The notes: generated by a model not told the origin, from the letters alone. DNA of 64,000 bases from an uncultured Planctomycetota bacterium (GCA_963823665.1 CAWGMQ010000008.1:1344001-1408000), one strand, 5' to 3'; shown: positions 11,875 through 23,335, counted from the stretch's first letter. Numbers and translations: made by a program.

Positions 11875-14478
11875 TCAACGACCATCGACTCCCCCGCCCA
11901 CGGGCGCGGGCCTGTGAGGCTGGAGCCGCATCGCCTCTATCCCCGCTCCCCAGGTGAACCGGTGAAAACTCTTGTCCCAGCGCCGTTGATTCGTGAGTTC
12001 CCCCGCCTTCGTGATTCCGGGAACCGAAACCAGCGCGATCGAGACGAGCGCGGCGAAGTACCATGCCTGCCAGCGTGCCGGCCAGTCGAGCGCGCGATGC
12101 TCGTCCTCAAGGTGAACCGATCGCCGCGGAACGAACCAGAGCAAACCGAGCAGCGGAATTCCGCAGACGCTGATCCAGAGCCCAAGCCTCCAGCCGGCCG
12201 GGCTGTATTCGAAGACGACGGTGTGCTTCCCTCCGGGAAGATAGACGGCCCGGAACTGCGCAATACGCGGGATAAATCGTTGCCGCCTGGCCATCGACGG
12301 TAGCCGACCAGCCCGGGTCGAACGAGTCGGAAACGACGAGATAGCTTGGCGACGAAGCCTCCGTCTCCACCACGACTCGCTCGGGAATCTCGCTGGCGAT
12401 CCGCGCCGATCCGTTGACCTCGGCGTCAGGGGGAAGGGGACGCGCCGGGTCTTCCACGATCAGGCGGTCGCGCAGTTGATCAACCATCGTCAGGCGCTTG
12501 ATCAGGGCGATTGCCTCGGTCACGTCTTTGGCGTATGCAGGCTTACCCGCCAGCCGCACCCGCGGCAGCGCCGCGCATTTCGGTGGATGAACGCCTTGTC
12601 CGCTGGTTGCGCAGGCAACGGCAAGATCTTCCCTCGCCTCGCCCGCCCCGTGAGCACGTGCGTGACGCTCTCGATATCGAAACGCCCGCCGCCGATCAAG
12701 GCGTGGTCCGTATAATTCAGATGCCGCTGCGGGATGACCGGCGTCTCACCGCGTGATCCGTAAACGTTCCAGACGACCGGCAGGCTCCAGTCCAGTTGAT
12801 CGCGCACCCCGAGGAAATCGATCTCTTTCGAAACGTACCCGGGCTCCGCGGCTGACTTGTCGGCATTGCCGAAGACCCGGATCAAACCGGGATCGGCCTT
12901 CAACTTGACAACCGATTCCGGAGGCATAGTCCAGTAAGCTGGGTCAACCGTCGGCACGTCATACCAGTGCGAGCCCAAGAGGTCGGCGATGATCAGAAGT
13001 GGAAGAATGGCAACCCAGCGCGCACGAGAAAAGGGAGTGCGAGCCCGCCTTGCCCGGTGAGCCACGATCCAGGCCAATCCGCACAAGATCGCGGTGCGCG
13101 CGAAGGCGATCACAAGCTCGCGGCCCAACCAGTGGAATTGAAGCAGGTTTCGTGGCGGGACGGCGCCGCTCAACTGCTTCCACACCGGAGCGTACACAAC
13201 ACCCAGGATGGGGATCGAGAGCAAGATGAGCCAAACCGCGACGACCAATCCCGGCTTCAGCGATACTCCCGCATCGCGCTCGAGCCTCTCAACGCCCACG
13301 GCCGCAAGCGCTGCGGCCGCCATCGCGAGCCAGATGTGGAATCGCACCGGCTCGCGCGAACTGCCCACGATCGGAATCCTGTGCGCAAAGTCGAACACGA
13401 ACGTGAACTTCCCGAGCATGAGAAGCAGGGCGAGCCCCGACAACAAAACCCAGAAAGTCACCCAGCGGTCGCGTGCGGGCTGGCCGCCGGCCCCCGTGAT
13501 CGCCAGCACGATTGCGATCAGCCCCAGGTAGGTGTTCATCTCGTGATACGGATAGAATCCGTCCATCCAGTCGGTGTCGCGGGCGCGCGTGCCGTACGCC
13601 TCGCGAACGACCATTGTGGGCAGCAGCTCCGGATGCCACGAGCCGTAAGTCAAGTCCGACCAGGTGAGCCCCGCCGCGCGAGGCGATCGATCGAGCAGCT
13701 CCTTGGAGGGCACCCACTGCACGGCCGAAAGGAGCACGCCCAACCCGGCCAGCACGACGGCCATCCCGAGTGCGCGCACCCGCTGCGCCAAGCCTCGCTC
13801 AGTGGCAGCGCGGTAGAGGCCGTACAGACCGACCAGCCCTGCCGTGAAAAACACGTCCTGAAGGTGGCCGGCAAACGTTTGAAACGCCATCGCGGCCGCG
13901 CCAATGGCCACGCCGCGCCAGCGACCACTCGACCAAGAGTGCTCCAACCCCCAGATCACGAACGGCACGCTCGCAAGTGCGTTGATCATGCTCGTGTGCA
14001 CCACGTGCGCCCACGTGAAGCCGGAGAGCCCGAAGATCGACGCACCGGCAAGCGCTGCGATCGGCCCGACGTGCCGTCTCAGCCAGAGATAACTGCCCGC
14101 TCCGGTCAGCCAGATCGAAAGCACGGTGTCGAGGTTGAATGCCTTCCAGGTCTCCATCCAGGGATAGAACAAGTACTTGAACGGGTGCAAATACCCGGCC
14201 TGGCTCTCGCTAAAGAGCGGCAGCCCGCAATAAAGGCCGGGGCACCAGCGCGAGAACCGGCCCGCCTTGAGCTCCTGGGCGAAGAACGCGCGATAAGGAT
14301 AATTGATCTCCGTGATGTCGAAGTAGAAGAGGGCTCCGCGCAGAGTGACGGCGTCCCAGAAAAAAGCGACGATCGCGACGGTCCAGACCACGATCGCGAC
14401 CACATCCGTCCGGCCCCACGGGCGCGGCTGGAAGAAACCGGGCGAGCTGTTGCTTGTCGCGCTCGGTTCACTGGACAC
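11875..14478 (-). CDS. YfhO-family polytopic membrane protein (GT-C-like glycosyltransferase); frameshifts near 12560 and 12280
   Basis: W.P.LYCGLPLFSESQAGYLHP N-terminus, many TM helices, and a C-terminal YLVVSDSFDPGWSATVDG...FRAVYLPGGKHTVVFEYSP, spread over three ORFs. Confidence 0.8.
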
Positions 14479-14480
14479 GG

Positions 14481-16238
14481 CTACAACCCCATGCGATCGG
14501 CAGAAGGAATGACAACACGGATCCGATCCAGCTCGGCCGGATCACGCCCGTCGTTTCGCCAAACTGTGCCAAATGGCGCTCGCCAGTTGATTCGCGATGC
14601 TGGATCGTGGAGCTCTTCGATCCATCCTCTTCTCGATTTCCTCAAGCGCTCTGGACGGATATCACCTTCGATTCTCAGTCCCAGCACCAGCAACCTTCCT
14701 TGACTCGATCCCAGGCCGCGTGACCACCCCACGAAACGGTTCGGATAGATCGGGTACGGTATCCCGATCAACTTCTTGCCAGACAGAAACGACATTCGAT
14801 AGACGTCCCAATATCCGCCTAACACATGGGTGACGTCGGATGGAATCTCGTAAGTCGCAAAGCTCTCAAACCCGTGGTGACCGTATAACGCCCAGAGCCG
14901 CGGCTTCGACCATTCTTCGCGCGGGCTCGAGAGGAGTCGCCACGCATCGTCAAGGTAGTGGAGCTTATTTTGATACCATCGTGCCGCGGTGCCAGTCATC
15001 ACCTGCGCCAGCGTGACGGCAATCACAACCGCCGCTGCAATGCCGAGCGGCCCGCGTTTCAGCAAGGCGCCCATCATCAATCCAAATCCAAGCGACCAGG
15101 GAACGAGCAGGTAAATCAGGTATCGGTAGTTGTCCGAATTAAAGATGTTCCGATTGAGCAGGAACGCGCCGACGATCAAGACTGCCGAGACGCACGTCCC
15201 CGTCGCGATCGCCCTCCCGCGCGCGTCGACGGACCACAAAAACTCGAGCGACAACCGAGTAAGAGCAACCATGAAGCCGGCAAGCAACAGAACCGCAAGC
15301 CACTCCTGTCCCGATAGCACGCTCGAAGGATTGCCGAATCCGGGGAGCGACAGCAGCAGGTTTCCAGCGAGGCTTCCATCTCGCTGGACGAGACTATCAA
15401 ATGTGGTCAGCTCGGTGCCTGCGATCAATCGCGGCACGCATTTAAACGCCAGCAGCCGCCCGTGCTCCTTGATCGCCGCGCTGTCAAACGTCGCGACGAA
15501 CTGAGACGGATATGCGTCGTGCGGATCAACGATTCTGCCAATCTCGTGAGGCAAGAACCCGACGATTGCGGCGAGGCAAAACGACGCGATCATCCTCAAC
15601 TTCAAATGCCAACGTCCTCCACATAGCCAGCCCACGAGCGCCGCGGGCAACAATCCGAATAACGTGAACAGAAACATCATATCGAGATATAGCCCCAGCC
15701 CGCACCAGAGGCCCAGCGCCATGGCTCGCAGCGCGCCGCCCTTGCTCAGGCAGGCATGCAATCCCACGAACGCGAGAATGTGCCACGCCAGGGTGAGAAG
15801 ATGCCCCCCCGTGATCCGTCCCGACAGCCAGATCGTGCCCGTCGAGGAAAAGACCAGCGGCAGGATCGCCCAGCCGGCGACGGACGGTCCATACGCTTTC
15901 CAGGCCAGAGCGAAAGTGCCTGCGACGATCAGAACCCAAATCAACGTTCCGCCGCTCACGAGCGTGAACGCATTTGCTCCCCAGAGGAGCGCCTGTGGAT
16001 ACGAAAAGAACAACGGCAGGATACCCATGTGCGGCGTGCCGGGGTAATGCCATCGCCACTGGCCGCGCAAGGCGTCGATCAATGTCAGCCCGTCGACGGC
16101 CAGGTCGCTGTCGAGATGATTCTCGGCGTTGACGATCAAGGGCACGCGTAACAGGATCGTCCAGACGAGCCCGAGCCCCAGCACCACCCAGGGCCAGTGA
16201 GGATTTCGGTTGGTGGCGCTCGAGGATGTGTCGGTCAT
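14481..16238 (-). CDS. Polytopic membrane protein, GT-C/ArnT/PMT-like
   Basis: TM1 is followed by the acidic loop HLDSDLAVDGL; there are about 11-12 hydrophobic segments and a C-terminal GGYWDVYRMSFLSG. Confidence 0.65.
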   Translation of the reverse strand: MTDTSSSATNRNPHWPWVVLGLGLVWTILLRVPLIVNAENHLDSDLAVDGLTLIDALRGQWRWHYPGTPHMGILPLFFSYPQALLWGANAFTLVSGGTLIWVLIVAGTFALAWKAYGPSVAGWAILPLVFSSTGTIWLSGRITGGHLLTLAWHILAFVGLHACLSKGGALRAMALGLWCGLGLYLDMMFLFTLFGLLPAALVGWLCGGRWHLKLRMIASFCLAAIVGFLPHEIGRIVDPHDAYPSQFVATFDSAAIKEHGRLLAFKCVPRLIAGTELTTFDSLVQRDGSLAGNLLLSLPGFGNPSSVLSGQEWLAVLLLAGFMVALTRLSLEFLWSVDARGRAIATGTCVSAVLIVGAFLLNRNIFNSDNYRYLIYLLVPWSLGFGLMMGALLKRGPLGIAAAVVIAVTLAQVMTGTAARWYQNKLHYLDDAWRLLSSPREEWSKPRLWALYGHHGFESFATYEIPSDVTHVLGGYWDVYRMSFLSGKKLIGIPYPIYPNRFVGWSRGLGSSQGRLLVLGLRIEGDIRPERLRKSRRGWIEELHDPASRINWRAPFGTVWRNDGRDPAELDRIRVVIPSADRMGL

Positions 16239-16263
16239 GGCGAAGTGACGCGGGCTGGCAATC

Positions 16264-16824
16264 TCAGACGAAGAAGTCGCTCACGGTGCAACGAAATCCT
16301 GGCAGCTCTGGGAGATTCTGAATGACGTCTTTCTTCCGGAGAGTGATCGCATCGTCGTCGACAGCGCGAAAGATCATGACCTGACCTCGCTTTGGGAAAA
16401 CCACCCACACCAGCAAAACACCCGCTTGCAGGTATTCCGCGACCTTCTTCATGATTCCTCCGATTCGGTTTCCCGGAGAGACCACTTCGACGGCTAAATC
16501 CGGCGGCACCGGCGGCAACTTATTACCAACTTGAGCGCGAGGCCAGCGCGCTTCGCTGTAATAACAGACATCCGCCCCACGCACCGTGTCAGGGTCGTGC
16601 TCCGTCTGTACGGCCGAATCGTTCGACAAGGCGTAACCCAGCTTCGTCCGGCGCCCATAAGTTTCGAGCACAAAGAAGGCGTTACCGCAGACACGCCCGT
16701 GTTCCGGCATCGCAGGCGGCAATTGCTGAACTTCCCCTCGCACGAGCTCGAAGACCCCTTCGCCGAGATCGGCGGCCATGAACTCCTCGGCAGTCATCTG
16801 CTTGGTCTTGGTCGCAGCGGCCAT
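16264..16824 (-). CDS. Uma2-family endonuclease (DUF820)
   Basis: MTAEEF, ELVRGEV, PEHG, RGADV, PPDLAVEVVSP, KVAEYLQAGV..VWVV and ELPGF. Confidence 0.92.
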   Translation of the reverse strand: MAAATKTKQMTAEEFMAADLGEGVFELVRGEVQQLPPAMPEHGRVCGNAFFVLETYGRRTKLGYALSNDSAVQTEHDPDTVRGADVCYYSEARWPRAQVGNKLPPVPPDLAVEVVSPGNRIGGIMKKVAEYLQAGVLLVWVVFPKRGQVMIFRAVDDDAITLRKKDVIQNLPELPGFRCTVSDFFV

Positions 16825-16888
16825 GATTACAACTCCGGCGAGATCGGCTCGATCTCAGTTCAGCAGGCGGAATGCGTTTTCGTCAGGC

Positions 16889-18682
16889 CTACACCGCCCC
16901 CGCCATCTCCTCGAGCTGTGCAAAGGAGCGATTCTGTTCCTTTACGAGGAACTCGCGGCCGAAGCGGATGTGAATATGGTCCCAGGGAAGCACTTCATCG
17001 ATCGGCCGTTCGCGGTGGCTATAGAAGGGAACGTCGATCCCAAGATCCGCGAATGTGTCCCACCAGAGCCGCGGGTTGAAATACTCGCCCCAGGCATCAA
17101 GGCGGGCTCCGCGGCGCCAGGCGGCTTCCACGGCGGCGGCGACCCTCCGGTCTCCACGGGTCAAGATCCCCTCGAGCATGCTGCGCTCGATGTCGTGGGC
17201 CTTCACTGTCACCGAGCGGACACGCACTTTCGATTTGAGATACCGATGCGCCCAGTGAAGATAGTCGCGAGATTGCAATCCGTTCCACTGATACGCCGTG
17301 TGCGGCTTGGGGATGAAGTTCGACACGCTCGCTGTCACGTCGGCGTATCGGCCGGTCACATCCTTGCCGATCCGGGCGATCGTTTCAGCCATGTTCACGA
17401 TGCCGTCCAGATCAGCAGGCCGCTCGCCGGGCAGACCGCACATGAAATAGAGCTTCACCTTGCGCCAGCCGCGGCGAAACGCTTCGGCGCAGCCGTCGTA
17501 GAGGTCCTGGTTGTTGATCGGCTTGCGGATCTGCTGCCGCATGTCGTCGCGCGCCACCTCGGGTGCCAGCGTCAAGCCGCTGCGACGCCCTTCGGAAAGG
17601 AGCGCGGGAATCTTCTTGAGCGTCTCGGTGATGCGCAGGCTGGGAAGTGAGATCTTCACCCCCAGCGGCGTGAAGACCTCGCTCATGCGCGTCACCAGCT
17701 CCTCGAAGTCGGGGTAATCGCTGGTGGAAAGGGAGAGCAGGCTGATCTCGTCGTAGCCGGTCGAGCGATAGCTCTCGAGTGCGGCGGCCAGGATCGTTTC
17801 CACCGTGCGATGGCGCAGCGGCCGCTTGATCACGGTGCTCTGGCAGAACCGGCAGAGCCACGGGCAGCCGCGCATGATCTCGATGGCGATCCGGTCGTGG
17901 GCCGTCTCGACGAACGGGACGACCGGCCGCGTGGGCAGCGGAATGGAATCCAGGTCGCGGATCACGCACGGCTTGATTGCTTCCGGCACGTCGTCGCGCG
18001 TGCGCCGGATCTCGACGATCGTGCCGTCCTCCCCATAGATCGGCTCGTAAAATCTTGGCACGTACGCCCATTCGACGCTGCCGGCGATTCGCTGGAGCTT
18101 CTCCTCTCGCGAAAGGTCCGAGCCCTGCATCGACTTCCAAAGGTCGCACACAACCGGCAAGCTCGGCTCGCCGTCGCCAATGACGAACAGATCGATGAAC
18201 GGTGCGAGCAGCTCCGGATTCTGCGCCCCGGGCCCGCCCGCGATCACCAGCGTGTCATCCGGGCCGCGATCTTCCGCGTGAAGCGCCAGTCCCCCCAGAT
18301 CGAGCATCGTGAGCACGTTCGTGTAGCAGATCTCGTACTGGAGTGAAAACCCCAGGACGTCAAACCGGCAGAGCGGTGTGAACGTCTCGAGACTGTAGAG
18401 CGGCAGCCCCGCGTCCTTGAGCCCGAGCTCGAAGTCCGGTAGAGGCGTGAATACTCGCTCACACGCCCAGTCCGCCTCGTTCATGAGGCTGTACAACACC
18501 TGAAGACCGTGATGGCTCATTCCGAGCGAATAGGTGTCGGGGAACGCCAGGCAAACGCTTCCGCGGGTGGTGTTGTGGTCCTTGGCGATGCTGTTCAGCT
18601 CGCCGCCGACATACTGTGCGGGGGTTCGCACCCTGGGTAAGACCCGCGTGAATACCTCGTTTTTCAGATCCTGATTGAGCAT
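16889..18682 (-). CDS. TIGR03960-like B12-binding/radical SAM protein
   Basis: PAQYVGGELN, LAFPDTYSLGMSHHGL, the CxxxCxxC motif RGCPWLCRFCQ and LPWDHI. Confidence 0.9.
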   Translation of the reverse strand: MLNQDLKNEVFTRVLPRVRTPAQYVGGELNSIAKDHNTTRGSVCLAFPDTYSLGMSHHGLQVLYSLMNEADWACERVFTPLPDFELGLKDAGLPLYSLETFTPLCRFDVLGFSLQYEICYTNVLTMLDLGGLALHAEDRGPDDTLVIAGGPGAQNPELLAPFIDLFVIGDGEPSLPVVCDLWKSMQGSDLSREEKLQRIAGSVEWAYVPRFYEPIYGEDGTIVEIRRTRDDVPEAIKPCVIRDLDSIPLPTRPVVPFVETAHDRIAIEIMRGCPWLCRFCQSTVIKRPLRHRTVETILAAALESYRSTGYDEISLLSLSTSDYPDFEELVTRMSEVFTPLGVKISLPSLRITETLKKIPALLSEGRRSGLTLAPEVARDDMRQQIRKPINNQDLYDGCAEAFRRGWRKVKLYFMCGLPGERPADLDGIVNMAETIARIGKDVTGRYADVTASVSNFIPKPHTAYQWNGLQSRDYLHWAHRYLKSKVRVRSVTVKAHDIERSMLEGILTRGDRRVAAAVEAAWRRGARLDAWGEYFNPRLWWDTFADLGIDVPFYSHRERPIDEVLPWDHIHIRFGREFLVKEQNRSFAQLEEMAGAV

Positions 18683-18927
18683 GCTAGGGCCCACCCCGAT
18701 CGATGTTGGCAGCGCACAAACTGCATCTTACCCGGTCACGTGCTCTAAAAACAGTTGCGCCGCGAATTGAGCGCCCGGTGTGACACCCCGCAACGGACTG
18801 GCACGCGGCCAGCGCATCAGATATACCATCGCGATCGCCCGCTCGGGGCTTTGGCGAGCCCGCCTGCCGAGGCGTTCTGGTCGCTTGGCGACCGAAGTTC
18901 AAGAAATCCCTGAGCGAGGCTCCTTCC

Positions 18928-19749
18928 ATGGTCATGCCGCTGAGCGACGAACATCCGACGCGCATCGTCCCGGTCGTCAACTATGCGATCATCGCTCTCA
19001 ACGTCGTGGTTTTCCTCCTCCAACAATCCCGGCCAGAATCGTTCACGATCGCGTACTCGGCAACCCCATACGAGATCACGCACAACCTCGATATCGAGAA
19101 GCCGGTCGTCTTCAGCCGCGAGGTTGCGGAGCAGGATGCGATGGGGCGGATGCAGTTGCGGCCGGAGGATCAGACGATTCCGCAGGCTGCGATCCCGTTC
19201 CCCGTGTGGTTCACGCTCTTTACATCGATGTTCATGCACGGGGGGCTCGCCCACCTGGGCGGGAACATGCTCTACCTCTGGATCTTCGGAGACAACGTCG
19301 AGGAAGTGCTAGGCCGCGTGCGCTACTCGCTCGTGTATCTCGCGTGTGGGCTGTCAGCCAGCCTGGCGCACATTGCATTGGCTCCTGACTCGCTGATCCC
19401 TTCTCTGGGAGCTTCGGGGGCGATTGCCGGCGTGATGGGGATGTACCTCATCTGGTTCCCGCACAACCGGGTGCGCGTCCTGGCGCTGCGCACAATCACC
19501 TGGATGCCGGCGCTCCTGGTCATCGGTCTGTGGATCGTGATGCAACTGGTGCTGGGTATGGGCGAGCTGTCGAGCGCCGGCAAGCAGGGTGGGGTGGCCT
19601 ATGCCGCGCACGTTGGCGGTGCGGCGGCCGGCATCCTCTTCGGCCTGGTCTATCGGGACCGTGCCCGTGCTTTCGGCGAGCGCCCGTCCGACCTCGGCTG
19701 GGCCCCGCCCCGCCACCGCACGCCGTACAGCCCTTCCCCGTATCGCTAA
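18928..19749 (+). CDS. Rhomboid-family intramembrane serine protease
   Basis: SMFMHGG..HLGGNML, GDNVE, catalytic GASG and AHVGG. Confidence 0.92.
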   Translation: MVMPLSDEHPTRIVPVVNYAIIALNVVVFLLQQSRPESFTIAYSATPYEITHNLDIEKPVVFSREVAEQDAMGRMQLRPEDQTIPQAAIPFPVWFTLFTSMFMHGGLAHLGGNMLYLWIFGDNVEEVLGRVRYSLVYLACGLSASLAHIALAPDSLIPSLGASGAIAGVMGMYLIWFPHNRVRVLALRTITWMPALLVIGLWIVMQLVLGMGELSSAGKQGGVAYAAHVGGAAAGILFGLVYRDRARAFGERPSDLGWAPPRHRTPYSPSPYR

Positions 19750-19830
19750 ATGTGGGTCAACATCGGGACGATCGCGTACAATACCGTGTAGAACGACGGT
19801 CCGGAAAAGATGAGGATCCCCGCCATCTCG

Positions 19831-20934
19831 ATGAATGATCCACTCACTCGGCCACTGGTCGCCCTGACGATGGGCGACGTCGCCGGCATCGGTCCAGAAG
19901 TCATCGTCAAGGGCTGGGCTGATCCCCGCCTGCATGCGCTCGCGCGGCCGCTGGTCATCGGCGATCCAGGCGCAATCGAACGAGCGTTTGCGTTCCTGGG
20001 AACGCACTGCTCATTACGCATCCACACGATGGACAGGCCGGAACAGGCTGACCCGTCGCCGGGCGTGATTCCGTGCCTGCGCGTGGCTGATGTTCCACGC
20101 GACCTGGCTGATGTCACTCTCGGTCGAGTCGACGCCCGCGCCGGACGTGCAGCCCACCAATTTCTCACGGCGGCCGCTGGACTGGCGATGGCCGGCAAGA
20201 TCGACGCGATCACCACGCTGCCGCTCAACAAGCTGGCCCTGCATCAGGCTGGCGTGATTCACCCGGGCCACACCGAGATTCTGGCGGAGTATTGCAACGT
20301 CCCCGAGCACGCGATGATGCTTTACCTCGAAGATGACGAATCACGTGCGCACGCAGCCGCCGCGAAAACGGCGCGACGAGGCAGTGGCCTCGGCGTCGTG
20401 CACGTCACCTTGCACGTCGCGCTCAAGCAGGTCTTCGAGTTGATCACGGCCGAATCGGTTCTCTCCAAGATCCGCCTCGCCGATTCGGCGATGCGGCCGT
20501 TGACCGGGGGCTTGCCACCGCGCATCGCCGTCTCGTCGCTCAACCCGCACGCCGGCGAGGAAGGCCTCTTCGGCGATGAGGAGATGACGCTCATCGCACC
20601 GGCCGTTCTTGCAGCCCGAAACGAGGGGATCGACGTTCACGGTCCGTTCCCCAACGACACGCTCTTCTATCACGCCCTTGCGGGCGATTATGACGCTGTT
20701 GTGGCCATGTATCACGATCAGGGGCACATTGCGCTCAAGACCGTCGGCTTCGATCGCGCGGTCAATGTCACGCTCGGACTGCCGATCGTCCGCACCAGCG
20801 TGGCGCATGGGACGGCGTTTGACATCGCCGGCAAGGGGCTGGCCGATCCATCCAGCCTGATCGCGGCAGTGCGCGTGGCTGCCAGGATCGTCGCGGGCCG
20901 ATCGCCAGGGGGCTTTCAATCCGGCGCGAGCTGA
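19831..20934 (+). CDS. pdxA: 4-hydroxythreonine-4-phosphate dehydrogenase PdxA (or PdxA2)
   Basis: TMGDVAGIGPEV, PGHTE, LNPHAGE.GLFG.EE, AMYHDQGHI..K and RTSVAHGTAFDIAGKG. Confidence 0.93.
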   Translation: MNDPLTRPLVALTMGDVAGIGPEVIVKGWADPRLHALARPLVIGDPGAIERAFAFLGTHCSLRIHTMDRPEQADPSPGVIPCLRVADVPRDLADVTLGRVDARAGRAAHQFLTAAAGLAMAGKIDAITTLPLNKLALHQAGVIHPGHTEILAEYCNVPEHAMMLYLEDDESRAHAAAAKTARRGSGLGVVHVTLHVALKQVFELITAESVLSKIRLADSAMRPLTGGLPPRIAVSSLNPHAGEEGLFGDEEMTLIAPAVLAARNEGIDVHGPFPNDTLFYHALAGDYDAVVAMYHDQGHIALKTVGFDRAVNVTLGLPIVRTSVAHGTAFDIAGKGLADPSSLIAAVRVAARIVAGRSPGGFQSGAS

Positions 20935-21073
20935 AGCCGAATACGACCACGGACAAGGCGAACCGGGCGGCTACCGGCCGTATAGTGAATCAACTACAAT
21001 AACGAGCTGACGACGTGACGGACGGCGTCGCGCTACCCCGGGTAGAACCGAGAACAAATCGGCGAGACCGGCG

Positions 21074-22024
21074 ATGAACACAATTGATTACATTTATCGC
21101 TTTGATCCCAAGAACCCCAGCCTCAAGCCGGCGCCGCCGGATGCGGAAGCCGCGCGAAAAACGCTGGAGGACGGCAACCGCATGTTCGCCAACTGGATGG
21201 AAAGCTGCCGCACCAGCGACGTTTCCAACGGCGGTTCCCGTTACGTCGTCCAGTGCAATGGGCTCGAAGTCGGCATGAACCGAATGCAAGGCCAGATGCC
21301 CAAGCAGGCGCCGTTCGCGGTCGTCCTGGGATGCTCGGACGCTCGCGTGCCGACCGAGCTGCTCTTCGGCCAGGGTTTCAACGACCTCTTCATCATCCGC
21401 GTCGCCGGCAACGTGCTCGGCGATGTGTGCATGGGCAGCATCGAGTTTGCGCTGAACGCGCTCAGTGAAAGCGTCAAGGTCGTCGTCGTGCTCGGTCACC
21501 TCGGCTGTGGCGCCGTGACGGGCGCTGTCGACTCGTATCTCCAGCCGCTCAAATTCTGGTCAAAAGCAAACCCGCTCATGCTGCGCACGATCACGCAGCG
21601 GATTTTCGTCGCGGTTCGCGAGGCAGCCAATGGGCTCAAAGAATCGTGGGGCACTGAAGCGCACACCATCCCCGGGTATCGCGAGGCCCTGATCGACGTC
21701 GCCGTCTGCGTGAATGCGGCTCAGGCGGCGTTTGACCTACGACTCGAGGTCGAGCGTGCCGCGAAATGGGAAATCGAGGTCATGTACGGTGTGTTCAGCC
21801 TTCGCAATCACCAGGTGAGCATGCCGGTCGATCCGCAGGCCACAATTGATCCCGCGAACGTCAATCTGGCGTACGCGCCGACCAATCCTCGCGAGTTCAA
21901 CGCCATCGCCGTCCGCATGGCTGACCTGCTCAAGCCCGCCGTTGTGAAGCCGAACCGAACACTCGAGAATGTTGCGAGCCCACCGGGCGACGACGGGGAG
22001 GGCGTTGCCGGAATTTGCAACTGA
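21074..22024 (+). CDS. Beta-class carbonic anhydrase
   Basis: GCSDARV, IRVAGN and GHLGCGAV (the Cys/His/Cys zinc ligands). Confidence 0.9.
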   Translation: MNTIDYIYRFDPKNPSLKPAPPDAEAARKTLEDGNRMFANWMESCRTSDVSNGGSRYVVQCNGLEVGMNRMQGQMPKQAPFAVVLGCSDARVPTELLFGQGFNDLFIIRVAGNVLGDVCMGSIEFALNALSESVKVVVVLGHLGCGAVTGAVDSYLQPLKFWSKANPLMLRTITQRIFVAVREAANGLKESWGTEAHTIPGYREALIDVAVCVNAAQAAFDLRLEVERAAKWEIEVMYGVFSLRNHQVSMPVDPQATIDPANVNLAYAPTNPREFNAIAVRMADLLKPAVVKPNRTLENVASPPGDDGEGVAGICN

Positions 22025-22094
22025 CGCGACCTGCATCGCGACGGTCATCTCGAGTTGAAGGGCGGAGATAGACGCCCGGCGACGGAACCGCGCG

Positions 22095-23330
22095 TCACCT
22101 CCGCACGATCTCGACCTCGACCCAGTTGGTCCGGGTGGCGCCCGGCCATATCGACCGGATTTCGGGGTCGGCCCAGCCGCGCTCGGGCACGGGCTCGAGC
22201 GCCAGGCGTACGCGCCGCCGCCCCGGCCGTTCGATCGAGCGGGCATCGATCGACACGATTTCGCCCAGCGGAATTCGCTCGACGGGGGTTGCCGGATCGT
22301 GAGCATCCCGCGGTCTCGTTCCCTGTCCGCTCAGGATGAGCATGCCTGCGGGTATGGCGTGCTCGGTGCCCTCGATTTCGAGCGAGATCGCGTGTGCGAG
22401 GTCGCTCGGCAGGGGCGTGGTCACGGCCAGGCGGGGCGGGTTGCGGATGGCAAACTCTGATCCCAGCGCCAGGAAGGTTGCCGGCTCGCCATCGCCGCCC
22501 TGCGCCGCTTCGAGTCTAATGGCCTGGGAGATCTGTGCATCGCGGTTCGAGTCGGGCACGGTGGTGATCGCCGTGAGCTCCAGCAAGGGGTCGAACTCCA
22601 GGTTAAACGGCACGTGTGGAAGCTCGAATTCCCACGAGCCGGTGAGGCCGGTTGTTCGCACTCTTGTCTGCAAGACCAGGCGATGCGGACCATTGGTCTC
22701 GAAGTCTCCCGGCACGATGGCGAATTGAGCGTGCCCCCGGCCGCCGGTCCAGGGAGAGAACTCTTCGAGAGTTGCTCGCCGCGTGCCCAGGACGCGGTGC
22801 GACCATTCCAGATTCTCGGGACGAATCCGGCCGGACTCGCCGTCAAGGAACGGGACTTCAAATTTCACGGCGATCGGTATCTCGGCCCGAAGCGCCCGTG
22901 GATAACGCCGGCGTGCGTTCCACGTGACGTTGTAGCCGCGGCGCACGATCGCTTGCTCTTCCTCGGCCACGAGCTGGTCCAGAAACCAGAGCCGCGCGAG
23001 CGCTTTGCCTGCGGCCTCGCGCAAAGGCTCGGAGCGGCTCGAGCTGAAGAGTCGCAGCAGCTCCCAGACGGCGGCACGTCCATGTTCAGCGGCCGCCAGG
23101 ACCTCCTCCGGTGTAACCTTGGGATCTTCGAGCCGCGCGACGGCCTTCCGGGCGCGCCACCCCGCTCGCAACTTGCGCCAGCCGCCGAGCGCGATGGCCG
23201 CTCCCAGAATCACCCAGACCGCTGTCTTGGGCTCGCGGAGCCAGTTGCGACCGCGGGATCCTCCTCGCGAGAGGATCTGCGGGCGGCGTGCCGCTGGAAC
23301 TTCCCGACCCGGCTGATTCACGTCTTGCAC
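22095..23330 (-). CDS. Hypothetical membrane-anchored protein
   Basis: 411-aa ORF with one N-terminal TM segment (AVWVILGAAIALGGW). It lies directly downstream of, and co-oriented with, the ORF at 23336-24121. Confidence 0.65.
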   Translation of the reverse strand: MQDVNQPGREVPAARRPQILSRGGSRGRNWLREPKTAVWVILGAAIALGGWRKLRAGWRARKAVARLEDPKVTPEEVLAAAEHGRAAVWELLRLFSSSRSEPLREAAGKALARLWFLDQLVAEEEQAIVRRGYNVTWNARRRYPRALRAEIPIAVKFEVPFLDGESGRIRPENLEWSHRVLGTRRATLEEFSPWTGGRGHAQFAIVPGDFETNGPHRLVLQTRVRTTGLTGSWEFELPHVPFNLEFDPLLELTAITTVPDSNRDAQISQAIRLEAAQGGDGEPATFLALGSEFAIRNPPRLAVTTPLPSDLAHAISLEIEGTEHAIPAGMLILSGQGTRPRDAHDPATPVERIPLGEIVSIDARSIERPGRRRVRLALEPVPERGWADPEIRSIWPGATRTNWVEVEIVRR

Positions 23331-23335
23331 TGTAG

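Noticed and set aside
11760..11875. Lower-GC intergenic tract with CTCGTACTCCTACTC-like hexamers
   Set aside because: It is too short and degenerate to call; most likely the promoter or leader of the S53 gene.
714..14703. Long plus-strand ORFs (714-2243, 3694-4800, 5134-6051, 9564-10688, 12967-14703)
   Set aside because: They are antisense shadows of well-supported minus-strand genes in high-GC DNA.
16824..16889. Absence of the usual TIGR03936 partner after the radical SAM gene
   Set aside because: The partner is often encoded elsewhere, so this is not informative from one window.
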